From an uncultured virus (IMG/VR IMGVR_UViG_3300031851_000008) (lineage: Duplodnaviria > Heunggongvirae > Uroviricota > Caudoviricetes): a DNA stretch of 64,000 bases. Below, piece by piece: positions 55,842 through 64,000 of the stretch. The number at the start of each line of letters is the position of its first letter. The first letter of the stretch is position 1. The stretch lies in the IMG/VR virus record IMGVR_UViG_3300031851_000008; one strand, given 5' to 3'. The notes beneath the pieces are model-generated. The model saw only the letters and a list, made by a program, of their open reading frames with translations. It did no database searches and had not been told where the DNA came from. The position numbers were made by a program, and so were the translations under genes.

Positions 55842-56556
55842 TTAATTTGTCTGGATCCCCTACTTCAAAGAGTTTTCTGTAGTCGGATGCCCACATTTCA
55901 TTCCTGAGCATCCAATCCATACTATAATCAAATTTAATATGATCTTTTCCAATATATCTATCGATATATGATTTGATCAAGGTCTCTCCTAGAGAGACAT
56001 CCCCCCAATTGTTGTCATGTATTTCTTTTATCTTCTCATAGCATTTGAAATATTGCTTCATCCAATATCCTTTGCCATGGGCGAAGTAGTCTATGTATGA
56101 ATCTTCTGGTTCACATGGACCTGGATGAACCTTCCATGCAGGGATAACTATGTCACCATCTTTTATACTGAAGTTCTTTGTAGAGAAGTCACTTCTACAT
56201 TTGATTACAACATCATAGTCTTCGGGATTGAATAGTGATAGACCTAGGTATATGCAATACCACTGCTTTAAGATTCTGTAAGACCAATCTCTTTCATTCA
56301 TTTCTAACCCATCTGCTTTAAAATTAAAATCAGGAAGAGTTTCTTTATCTCGGAACAAATATTTTTTGGGGTTATACTTATCTATTAGTTGATCTACATC
56401 AACATCTATGATTCCAGAACCCATGTATAGTTCTGAATAACTGTATGATGTAATATAGACATCAGCAGAATACTTATCAATTATGTTGGATTTTATGTTT
56501 GGAAGATGCTTCTCCCAATTCCTCATATATCCAGTCATTAAAAGAGCTACCCTCAT
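55771..56556 (-). CDS. Putative glycosyltransferase-like protein
   Basis: MRVALLMTGYMR start, YDVVIKCRSD, D.FA.G, E..I motifs common in sugar-modification loci. Confidence 0.5.
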   Translation of the reverse strand: MRVALLMTGYMRNWEKHLPNIKSNIIDKYSADVYITSYSYSELYMGSGIIDVDVDQLIDKYNPKKYLFRDKETLPDFNFKADGLEMNERDWSYRILKQWYCIYLGLSLFNPEDYDVVIKCRSDFSTKNFSIKDGDIVIPAWKVHPGPCEPEDSYIDYFAHGKGYWMKQYFKCYEKIKEIHDNNWGDVSLGETLIKSYIDRYIGKDHIKFDYSMDWMLRNEMWASDYRKLFEVGDPDKLIKVPATEKDALILDGNLDSQVLE

Positions 56557-56585
56557 AATAAATAAACTACACATCTTATATAATT

Positions 56586-57296
56586 ATGCTTGATCGTATG
56601 GCGAACATTGTTCGCGAGTCTTGGAAAGAATTGCCAGGACTAAAACCTCTTAAAGTAAATAAAAAATATCAAAGTATTTACAAAGAGGTTGAAGGTGAAT
56701 CTTTAATGATTCAAAATGAAATGTATAAATGCAAAGGATTGCGTAAAATACATTTGGAAGTAGCACATCTTGGGGCTCTAGATATTTTGCATTGTGTTTG
56801 GTTTCCAGACCCAGCATATAATTTACCTATATTTGGTGCAGATATTGTTGCAAATAAGTCAATTGTTAGTGCTGCAATTGTAGACTTGTCACCAGTAGAT
56901 GGATGGTCACCAGTATATACAGATATTGCGCCATTATCCACAAAATATAAATTTAGTAGACAGAGGAAGATTCCTCAATGGGGATCTATATTCTCACCAT
57001 ATTGTAAATTTATGAGTCTTGAGGAACCTGCAGAGAAGGAATTGTTTTTAGATTTGGTGGATAATTATTTGAAGATATTGTGCAAACATGTCAATACTAG
57101 TGAACCTCAAAATGAAACTCTTACCTCTGTAAAGATGAGGCATTATGGTCAAGTAAATTATTGTAGACAACAAAAAAAGAATGATAAGACACGAAGAATA
57201 CTAGCAAAGTGTTTTAATGATAGTTGGGCAGACAGATACATTGATACTGTATTATTCAATGAACCAAGAGATAAATATAAAAAAGATATAGATTGA
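56586..57296 (+). CDS. pcyA: Phycocyanobilin:ferredoxin oxidoreductase
   Basis: RKIHLE, ILHCVWFP, LPIFGADIV, AAIVDLSP, P.WG.IFS, YC.QQ.KNDKTRRIL. Confidence 0.92.
   Translation: MLDRMANIVRESWKELPGLKPLKVNKKYQSIYKEVEGESLMIQNEMYKCKGLRKIHLEVAHLGALDILHCVWFPDPAYNLPIFGADIVANKSIVSAAIVDLSPVDGWSPVYTDIAPLSTKYKFSRQRKIPQWGSIFSPYCKFMSLEEPAEKELFLDLVDNYLKILCKHVNTSEPQNETLTSVKMRHYGQVNYCRQQKKNDKTRRILAKCFNDSWADRYIDTVLFNEPRDKYKKDID
57271..57277 (+). promoter_or_regulatory. Late promoter (ATAAATA) inside the pcyA 3' end
   Basis: 20 nt before the ATG at 57298. Confidence 0.55.
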
Positions 57297-57297
57297 T

Positions 57298-58050
57298 ATG
57301 GGAGTTGTTTTAGAGGATCTAAAAAAAGAGAGGAACCAACTCAATAAGGCATTGAAAATAATTCCTAAAAAGAAGGCTGCTGCTGAGGCTAAACGTGATA
57401 AGTTTCAAGCACCAGCTTTAGAGACTCAGAAGTTGGCAAAAAATAGTTGTGATAGTGCTAATGCAATAAAACAACAAATTATTTCTCTTGGTGGTAATAC
57501 TGGAGTTAGCACATCTCTTTATGGAACTAGTGTATCTTCAATAACATCTTTATATGGTAATGTTGTCGGTCTTGCTACTACTGCGACAGGATCATCTGTG
57601 GGTGTTGTTGGATTGGGTTCTGCAATAATTGCCGTAGGATACATCTACGAAGATGTTATTAAGGGGTATGATTATCCTGTTATATCTGGTGAAAATTATG
57701 GTGCAGAATATCCTTGGTCAGGTGAAGGATATTATGAAGTTACTAACAGTAATTTGGGTATTGGTAAAAGCACAGAGTTCTTTAGAAGTGGTGGATCTCA
57801 AATAGGTATTGTATTCCATCTAACTTCAATTGAGAGTGCTGTTACCACTTTAAAATCTCAATATTCTGTTGGATTAACTTCTGTCACTGATCAGTGTCTT
57901 GTTGCAACTGAAACTCAAGAAGCAAAGAGTGAGCAAGAATTTGTGATATGGAGTTTTGGACGCGAAGAACAAATTAAAAATGATCGCCTTGCAGAGATCG
58001 AGAATTCAGTTACTAGCGTTACAGATCAGCAGTATGGGGGTCCTTGGTAA
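57298..58050 (+). CDS. Hypothetical, probably virion-associated protein
   Basis: Coiled-coil ends and a Gly/Ser/Thr-rich middle; late promoter upstream. Confidence 0.6.
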   Translation: MGVVLEDLKKERNQLNKALKIIPKKKAAAEAKRDKFQAPALETQKLAKNSCDSANAIKQQIISLGGNTGVSTSLYGTSVSSITSLYGNVVGLATTATGSSVGVVGLGSAIIAVGYIYEDVIKGYDYPVISGENYGAEYPWSGEGYYEVTNSNLGIGKSTEFFRSGGSQIGIVFHLTSIESAVTTLKSQYSVGLTSVTDQCLVATETQEAKSEQEFVIWSFGREEQIKNDRLAEIENSVTSVTDQQYGGPW

Positions 58051-58053
58051 TAC

Positions 58054-58082
58054 TTGACCATGGTCATATCCTGTGTTATATT
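58054..58082 (+). promoter_or_regulatory. sigma70-type promoter of the tRNA
   Basis: TTGACC-17 bp-TATATT with extended TG. Confidence 0.6.
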
Positions 58083-58090
58083 TTTTGTTT

Positions 58091-58175
58091 GGGAGTGTGG
58101 CGGAATCGGTAGACGCACCAGACTTAAAATCTGTTGGGAGTTAATCCCGTGGGGGTTCAAGTCCCCCTACTCCTA
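58091..58175 (+). tRNA. trnL: tRNA-Leu (anticodon TAA), CCA not encoded
   Basis: Acceptor GGGAGTG/TACTCCT, D-loop GG, anticodon loop CTTAAAA (TAA at 58125-58127), long variable arm, GGTTCAAGTCC T-arm. Confidence 0.95.
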
Positions 58176-58206
58176 CCTAAACTAAATATTAAGAAATGGT
58201 AACATA

Positions 58207-58497
58207 ATGAAGTTAAAGTTAACTAAATCATTTTGTTGGTCTCTTGCAGAATCAACTGAACGAATAGTTACCATGTACTTTATAAATGACATTCCATTTA
58301 CTTGGGATGAGTTGACAGAGGATCAAGAAGTAGATTATTCTTGTAAGATTGCTGCAGATACTCATAGAAAGGGGTATAGATATACCCCAGAAGATTTGTT
58401 CCGTTCTTCGGGATATTTAATTATGGAAGAATGCCATCCTTGCTTTTTTGATTTAGATTTAGAGAATCCTGAAATCTTGGCAGAATTAGAAGATTAA
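58207..58497 (+). CDS. Conserved hypothetical protein
   Basis: MYFIN.IPFTWDE...YL..E.CHP; CTAAATA at 58182-58188. Confidence 0.65.
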   Translation: MKLKLTKSFCWSLAESTERIVTMYFINDIPFTWDELTEDQEVDYSCKIAADTHRKGYRYTPEDLFRSSGYLIMEECHPCFFDLDLENPEILAELED

Positions 58498-58506
58498 CGG
58501 ATTATT

Positions 58507-59604
58507 ATGTTCGATTCACAAATATACAATTATGACTCTGATAAATATCGCTTCCGTGATATTATATTGGAATCTATTCAAAAATATTATCCAGACGTAA
58601 TTGATCTGGAGCACCTTCATGAAGTGGTTCCATATAAGTTAGTTGGAGATCTTGTCAAAAAAATTGGTAAAGATATTGCAGACACTGATTTTTATCAAAT
58701 ATTTGATGGACTAATTGCTGAGGAAGTTCTCCCACTATTACCGACAGATGTTCTTGTTCAGAGATTTGGTAATATTAGAATAAATGTTCCAGATCAAGAT
58801 AGGATTGGCGCTGTCCTCCCCTTCCACCAAGGTAAGTGGGTTGGTAATGGTTTGGGGTTGAGAACAATATGGTTACCCTTTACTGATGCCTATGATTCTA
58901 ATTCTCTACAGATACTTGACATAGAGAAGAGTAGATGGATTACTGAAGGTTGTCTCAAAGAAAATTGGGATTATCAAAGATTTCAACATTTTTGTTTAAA
59001 TCATTGTAAACCTGTCAATATAACTCAGAATCAGTTTTTGATGTTCACTCAGGAGAATATTCATGGTGCAGTTCCAAATCGAACTGGTAAGACTAGAATA
59101 AGTATTGATGTTAGGGTTCTCCTTAGAGGTGGACAACCTCATAGGAAATGGCCAGGAGCATATTTTAGAATTCTTGGTGATACAGATATTCAGTCAAGGA
59201 ATGTTTCTATTCTGGATCACGAGAATGTCGTCATGTATGCAGAATACGAGGGATTTAAAACTAGTCATATAGACTTACACTTTCAGACTTTAACCGTTAA
59301 AGATTATTGTAATAGGATGGGATATGCATTCCCACATCAAACTGGTGATAATGAAGGAAGAGATCATACATATTTGGAGTACCTAATTAAGCAGGATACT
59401 TTAGATCATATTTTAATGTTTAGTATATTTTCTCTTCCCGATAATATTGATAGAAGAAAATATTTAATGAATCTGTCTTTAGAATATGGTTGCAAGTTAC
59501 ACTTCGCTAACGAAGAATTTGTCTTAGACAGTGAAGATATGCTACATAAAATAGAATATTTACGCAGTTTTACTGCAGATTGGAGTAGTCCTGTATGCAA
59601 ATAA
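58507..59604 (+). CDS. Two-domain protein: 2OG-Fe(II) oxygenase-like N-terminus plus LIC12192-like C-terminal domain
   Basis: QR...IRI..P...LPFH, IWLPFT, HG..PN.TGKTRISID.R; C-terminus Q....KDYC...FSIFSLP...R......LHFANE. Confidence 0.6.
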   Translation: MFDSQIYNYDSDKYRFRDIILESIQKYYPDVIDLEHLHEVVPYKLVGDLVKKIGKDIADTDFYQIFDGLIAEEVLPLLPTDVLVQRFGNIRINVPDQDRIGAVLPFHQGKWVGNGLGLRTIWLPFTDAYDSNSLQILDIEKSRWITEGCLKENWDYQRFQHFCLNHCKPVNITQNQFLMFTQENIHGAVPNRTGKTRISIDVRVLLRGGQPHRKWPGAYFRILGDTDIQSRNVSILDHENVVMYAEYEGFKTSHIDLHFQTLTVKDYCNRMGYAFPHQTGDNEGRDHTYLEYLIKQDTLDHILMFSIFSLPDNIDRRKYLMNLSLEYGCKLHFANEEFVLDSEDMLHKIEYLRSFTADWSSPVCK

Positions 59605-59765
59605 AAATTTGGTACAGTGAGGAGATGCATCAATGGCGTTGGATTCTCACAAATGACGACGATAACTATCTACAAGAATCTGGTCAACAGAAGTATCTTG
59701 CAGAAGCAATGGCAGATATAACTGCCACGGTTGAGTACGTTTTAGAGTGTAATCAATCTGAATAA
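59595..59765 (+). CDS. 56-aa conserved hypothetical protein (not in ORF track)
   Basis: MQIKIWYSEEMHQWRWIL...QESG...AMADITATVEY. Confidence 0.65.
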   Translation: MQIKIWYSEEMHQWRWILTNDDDNYLQESGQQKYLAEAMADITATVEYVLECNQSE

Positions 59766-59768
59766 ATA
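59762..59768 (+). promoter_or_regulatory. Late promoter (ATAAATA)
   Basis: Upstream of the ATG at 59798. Confidence 0.7.
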
Positions 59769-59797
59769 AAACATAGCAATAGTACTTGTGGAATAAA

Positions 59798-62700
59798 ATG
59801 GGTCTTAGTCGCTTAGATAATTTTCTGAAAAATAGTAGAGGAGATATCCTTTACGTTGATCCTTCAAGTATTGACTCGACGGATAGTATTGAAAACCAAG
59901 GTAACTCTTTGGTTAGACCCTTCAAAACTATCCAAAGGGCATTAATTGAAGCAGCAAGATTCTCTTACCAGAAGGGATTTGACAATGATAGGTTCAGTAG
60001 AACAACTATCATTGTATATCCTGGCGAGCACCTGATTGATAATAGACCAGGTTGGATACCCATACATGATAATCCACAAGGCGGAAATAATTATTTGACT
60101 CGTAGTGGATCTGCATCCAATGCGTTATCCGAATTTACTTTGGATACTAATTTTGATATTGATGATCCAGACAACGATCTCTACAAGATGAACTCGGTAT
60201 ACGGGGGTGTGATTATTCCCCGTGGTACATCTATCGTTGGATTGGATCTTCGTAAAACTAAAATTAGACCAAAGTTTGTACCAGATCCTTCTGATACTGA
60301 TATTAGTAGAACTTGTTTGTTCCGTGTAACGGGTACTTGTTACTTCTATCAGTTTACTTTCTTTGACGCTGACCCAAGTTCTAGAGTATTTAAAGATTAC
60401 AGCACCTCTATTTTTGTACCCAATTTCTCTCACCACAAGTTAACTTGTTTTGAGTATGCTGATGGTGTAAACCCTGTCGCTTTTAATGATTCATTCCTTA
60501 ACTATAACACCACAAGGACTGACCTAGATCTTTACTATCAAAGAATTGGTCTAGCATTTGGTGCTTCTAGTGGAAGAGAGATTGGTCCTGACACTCCAGA
60601 TAGTGGGGTTGACATTCAGACCAAGGTTGATGAATTTAGAATCGTTGGTTCTAAAGGTGAGAATATTGGTATTAGTAGTATTAAGGCGGGTAATGGTGTA
60701 ACTGCAAACACCACAATTACTGTGGATCTTGTAGAAGAACTCGATGGACTGGACGTTGATACTCCTATAAGAATTGAGGGTGTTCCTACTGGTGGATATA
60801 ATGGTTCATTTGTAATTAATTCTGTTGAGAGTAAAACTAGAATTAATTACGAGGTCTCTAGTCCTCCAGCAAATCCTCTACCTTCAATTGTTGCTGGATC
60901 TGCAACCCTGAATATTGTTGTTGACTCGGTAACTTCTGCTTCTCCATATATCTTTAACTGTTCATTGAGATCAGTATTTGGTATGTGTGGTCTCCATGCT
61001 GATGGTAGCAAGGCGACTGGATTTAAGTCGATGGTTGTAGCTCAATTCACTGGAATTGGTCTACAAAAAGATGATGAGGCATTTGTAAAATATAACGCAA
61101 TATCTGGTGTATATGAAGATTCTACCGCTGTAGAGAACTTACATACAGATACATCTGCTGTTTATAAACCAGATTATGAGAACTTCCACATTAAGGGGTC
61201 TAATGATGCCTTCTTGCAGTTGGTCTCAGTATTTGCTATTGGATATGCTAACCACTTCCTGTCGGATACTGGTGGTGATATGTCTATCACCAACTCTAAC
61301 TCTAACTTTGGAGCAAAAGCATTAATTTGTGTCGGATTTAGAAATAATGCCTTCCCTAGAGATGATACGGGATTTATCACTCACATCCTTCCACCACAAG
61401 AACTTACTACAGATGAAGTAAACCTTGAGTGGGAAGCAATTGACGTTGCAAGAACAGTTTCTGTAGGACAAACCAGCAGATTATATTTGTATAATCAGTT
61501 CAATGCTAATGTCTCACCACAATCTGTAATTCAAGGATATAGAATTGGTGCAAAAAATCAGGATAGATTGAAGGTTATCATTAATATTAATGGTCAACCT
61601 GAGGTTAAACAAGCAGATATTATTATGCCCGAAACACAGGGCACTGGTGTCTTTGAGACAACTGCTACCAAAATACACACTGTTGGTAGAACTGCCATCG
61701 GTATTAATAGTATTACTTCTAATATATTCACTCTTACACAACCACACTCATTTATCAGTGGGGAATCTCTCAGAATTTTGAGTGATGATGGAGAACTTCC
61801 TGATGGTTTAGACCATAATAGACTTTATTATGCAATTACCGCTGGTATTAATACTGACCAAGTTAAGTTGGGTCAAACTCTTAATGATACAATCAGTGCT
61901 TCTGCTGTAACTGTAAACAGTAAAGGTGGTATTCTTCAAATTGAATCCAGAGTATCTGATAAGAAGTCTGGAGACATTGCTCACCCAGTACAATATGATG
62001 ACACTCAACAGCAATGGTATGTTCAGGTAAGTGAAGACAGTACAAAAAATAATATTTACAGCACTATCGTTGGATTAGGAACATTATCTCTTGGAGATGC
62101 ATCTCCAAAGACATTCATTTCTAGAACTCCAGATAATAGATCACTTGAAGATAAAATCTACAAAGTTAGATATGTTGTACCTAGAGATTCTTCTGTTCTT
62201 GGTAGACCACCAGAAGATTCTTTCGTACTTCAAGAATCTGGACAAACAGTTGGACTTACTAATAATGAAATCTCCAAGTTTAAGAGTGTAAGTCCTGTTA
62301 TTCTTTCTAACAGTTCTGAATTAAGAAACCCTAGAATGCTCGCAAGTGCTGTCTGGGATGCCACTAGTGGTATTGCTACTATACACACAGAAGTACCACA
62401 CCAGTTATCTACTGGTTCTCAAGTTCAGATCTTCAATGTTGTATCTACAGCAAACACTACTGGTATTGCAAACACTGGATTTAACGGTGTATTTGCGGTT
62501 ACTGGAAGACCAGATAGAAAAGCGTTTACTGTTGGTCTCAATACTAACCCTGGACAGTTTGATAACAATACTGATTTAAGAACTACGGATCTTCCTAGGT
62601 ATGAGAGAAAGAATCTTAATAACACATTATTTGTATATAAGAAGGAAGAAGTTCAGGAATATATTCCAAATGCGAAAGATGGTGTTTATCACTTAACCTT

Positions 62701-64000
62701 AATTGATGCATCTTCTAAACCTGCTGTCACTCCATTCCAGAATTTAAGATATCAGCAACCACTTAAGAACCTATTCCCACAACTCGATAGAGATAATCCA
62801 GTCTCTGACCCAGAGCAAACGAGAACATTTGCTCTTCCAACTCCTCTTGGACTTACTGAGGTTAATGATCCTCAGAAAAACCTGACTAAAGAGGTAATTA
62901 ATAAGAATATTAGAGACATCAAGATTGGATTTGATGTTGCAGATGTTCTATCTCAGAGTGGTATTGCTCACACTATCCAAACTTTAGGTGACCATGGATT
63001 CAATGCGGTCACTAAAGTTGGTGTTACTAGCACTGGTTTAAATTATGGTAATGGTTCTGGAAGTATTCAGACTCTTTATAATGCTAACTTAGTTGGTTTT
63101 GGCAACTCTGATACAGGTAAGTTTGCTACAGCAAACGTTCAAATTGATGTTGATGGTGCAATTACTGCTGTCAAGATTGTTGACGGTGGATCTGCATATG
63201 GTATTGGTAACACTCTTGCTGTTACTGGTATTGGTTCTACTGGGGGATTTGTTCAAGGTTATGTTACTGTTGAAGAAATCCATAACAGTGTTGGTGATGC
63301 TATCAGACTTGATGGTATTAGGGATGATCGTTTTGTAGATTATAATAACATCTATACCATCTCTGGAATTACTTTAGGTGATGATGTTAATGTAAATGTA
63401 ACTTCTGCATCTGAGATCCTTGCTAAATTCCCATTCACGGGAGCACAAGCAGTCGCTGGTATCAATACTAATGGATTGAGTAATATATCTGCAGCAATTC
63501 TTTCAGATGTTACTGCCTATATGACAGGTAAGACTGTAGGTATTACTTCAATTACTTACAATAACCTGACTGGTATTGCTAGTGTTACTTGTGACAACTC
63601 TCACGGAATGTTGGTTGGTAACAACATTAAGTTTGGTGGATTCTCCGAAGATATTCTGAATGGTGACTTCACCGTTGATACTGTCTACACTGTTGATAGT
63701 CTGTCAGTTAAAGTTGGCGTCGGTACTACAGTAGTATCACCAACTGGTGGTGGACTAATTTATCCTAAAGGTATTACATCTCAGGCAGATAGTATTGATT
63801 TTAATGATGAAGCAGTATCTGCTAGATTGGTTCCTCAGTATGCGGGTATTCAAACCAATATTGTTGCCTCTTTAACTGACACTACTCTCAACACTTTGAC
63901 CGTGCAAAATGCAAGTCACGGTGGTTGGGATGTTGGTGATTATCTCGTTATGAATAATGAGATCATGCGTATTAGTCAGTCAGTTAGTAGTGAGAATGCT
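59798..64000 (+). CDS. Very large tail-fibre-like virion protein, 3'-truncated (not in ORF track)
   Basis: MGLSRLDNFLKNSRGDILYVDP...PFKTIQRALIEAARFSY...; the frame matches at the window end (1401 codons); beta-helix-like and G.GY repeats. Confidence 0.85.
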   Translation, partial: MGLSRLDNFLKNSRGDILYVDPSSIDSTDSIENQGNSLVRPFKTIQRALIEAARFSYQKGFDNDRFSRTTIIVYPGEHLIDNRPGWIPIHDNPQGGNNYLTRSGSASNALSEFTLDTNFDIDDPDNDLYKMNSVYGGVIIPRGTSIVGLDLRKTKIRPKFVPDPSDTDISRTCLFRVTGTCYFYQFTFFDADPSSRVFKDYSTSIFVPNFSHHKLTCFEYADGVNPVAFNDSFLNYNTTRTDLDLYYQRIGLAFGASSGREIGPDTPDSGVDIQTKVDEFRIVGSKGENIGISSIKAGNGVTANTTITVDLVEELDGLDVDTPIRIEGVPTGGYNGSFVINSVESKTRINYEVSSPPANPLPSIVAGSATLNIVVDSVTSASPYIFNCSLRSVFGMCGLHADGSKATGFKSMVVAQFTGIGLQKDDEAFVKYNAISGVYEDSTAVENLHTDTSAVYKPDYENFHIKGSNDAFLQLVSVFAIGYANHFLSDTGGDMSITNSNSNFGAKALICVGFRNNAFPRDDTGFITHILPPQELTTDEVNLEWEAIDVARTVSVGQTSRLYLYNQFNANVSPQSVIQGYRIGAKNQDRLKVIININGQPEVKQADIIMPETQGTGVFETTATKIHTVGRTAIGINSITSNIFTLTQPHSFISGESLRILSDDGELPDGLDHNRLYYAITAGINTDQVKLGQTLNDTISASAVTVNSKGGILQIESRVSDKKSGDIAHPVQYDDTQQQWYVQVSEDSTKNNIYSTIVGLGTLSLGDASPKTFISRTPDNRSLEDKIYKVRYVVPRDSSVLGRPPEDSFVLQESGQTVGLTNNEISKFKSVSPVILSNSSELRNPRMLASAVWDATSGIATIHTEVPHQLSTGSQVQIFNVVSTANTTGIANTGFNGVFAVTGRPDRKAFTVGLNTNPGQFDNNTDLRTTDLPRYERKNLNNTLFVYKKEEVQEYIPNAKDGVYHLTLIDASSKPAVTPFQNLRYQQPLKNLFPQLDRDNPVSDPEQTRTFALPTPLGLTEVNDPQKNLTKEVINKNIRDIKIGFDVADVLSQSGIAHTIQTLGDHGFNAVTKVGVTSTGLNYGNGSGSIQTLYNANLVGFGNSDTGKFATANVQIDVDGAITAVKIVDGGSAYGIGNTLAVTGIGSTGGFVQGYVTVEEIHNSVGDAIRLDGIRDDRFVDYNNIYTISGITLGDDVNVNVTSASEILAKFPFTGAQAVAGINTNGLSNISAAILSDVTAYMTGKTVGITSITYNNLTGIASVTCDNSHGMLVGNNIKFGGFSEDILNGDFTVDTVYTVDSLSVKVGVGTTVVSPTGGGLIYPKGITSQADSIDFNDEAVSARLVPQYAGIQTNIVASLTDTTLNTLTVQNASHGGWDVGDYLVMNNEIMRISQSVSSENA

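Noticed and set aside
58091..58175. tRNA as an integration site
   Set aside because: No duplicated tRNA 3' end and no integrase in the window.
60125..63338. Short ORF-track calls in the last 4 kb
   Set aside because: All overlap the single long + strand ORF starting at 59798, which the track missed because it has no stop in the window.

Overview
A gene-dense 64-kb segment of a T4-like cyanomyovirus (Kyanoviridae-type). The evidence is T4 core genes (g33, g59, g32, g53, g48, g2, g4, g26, g51, g5), thyX/phoH, the cyanophage auxiliary genes cp12 and pcyA, a second divergent bilin reductase, tRNA-Leu(UAA), (A/C)TAAATA late promoters and sigma70-type early promoters. Both window ends cut large virion proteins. 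All product calls rest on motifs read by eye; no searches were run. Four observations stand out. (1) A late-promoter module couples three ~10%-cysteine Gly-rich fibre-tip paralogs and a tail chaperone to a GT9-like transferase, a nearly complete NDP-heptose pathway, three carbamoyltransferases, a flavin halogenase and several 2OG-Fe(II) oxygenases; it is a candidate virion-protein modification system. (2) A T TTT TTC slippery site with an SD-like stimulator would fuse gp26 to the SD-less gp51 ORF by -1 frameshift, the lambda G/GT arrangement in a T4-like phage. (3) A duplicated glutamine-riboswitch-like RNA carries a complete 54-codon ORF inside one stem, upstream of a DUF4278-like gene. (4) A fused 2OG-Fe(II) enzyme has a halogenase-like HxG iron motif. 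No CRISPR array, rRNA, integrase, transposase or reverse transcriptase was seen.
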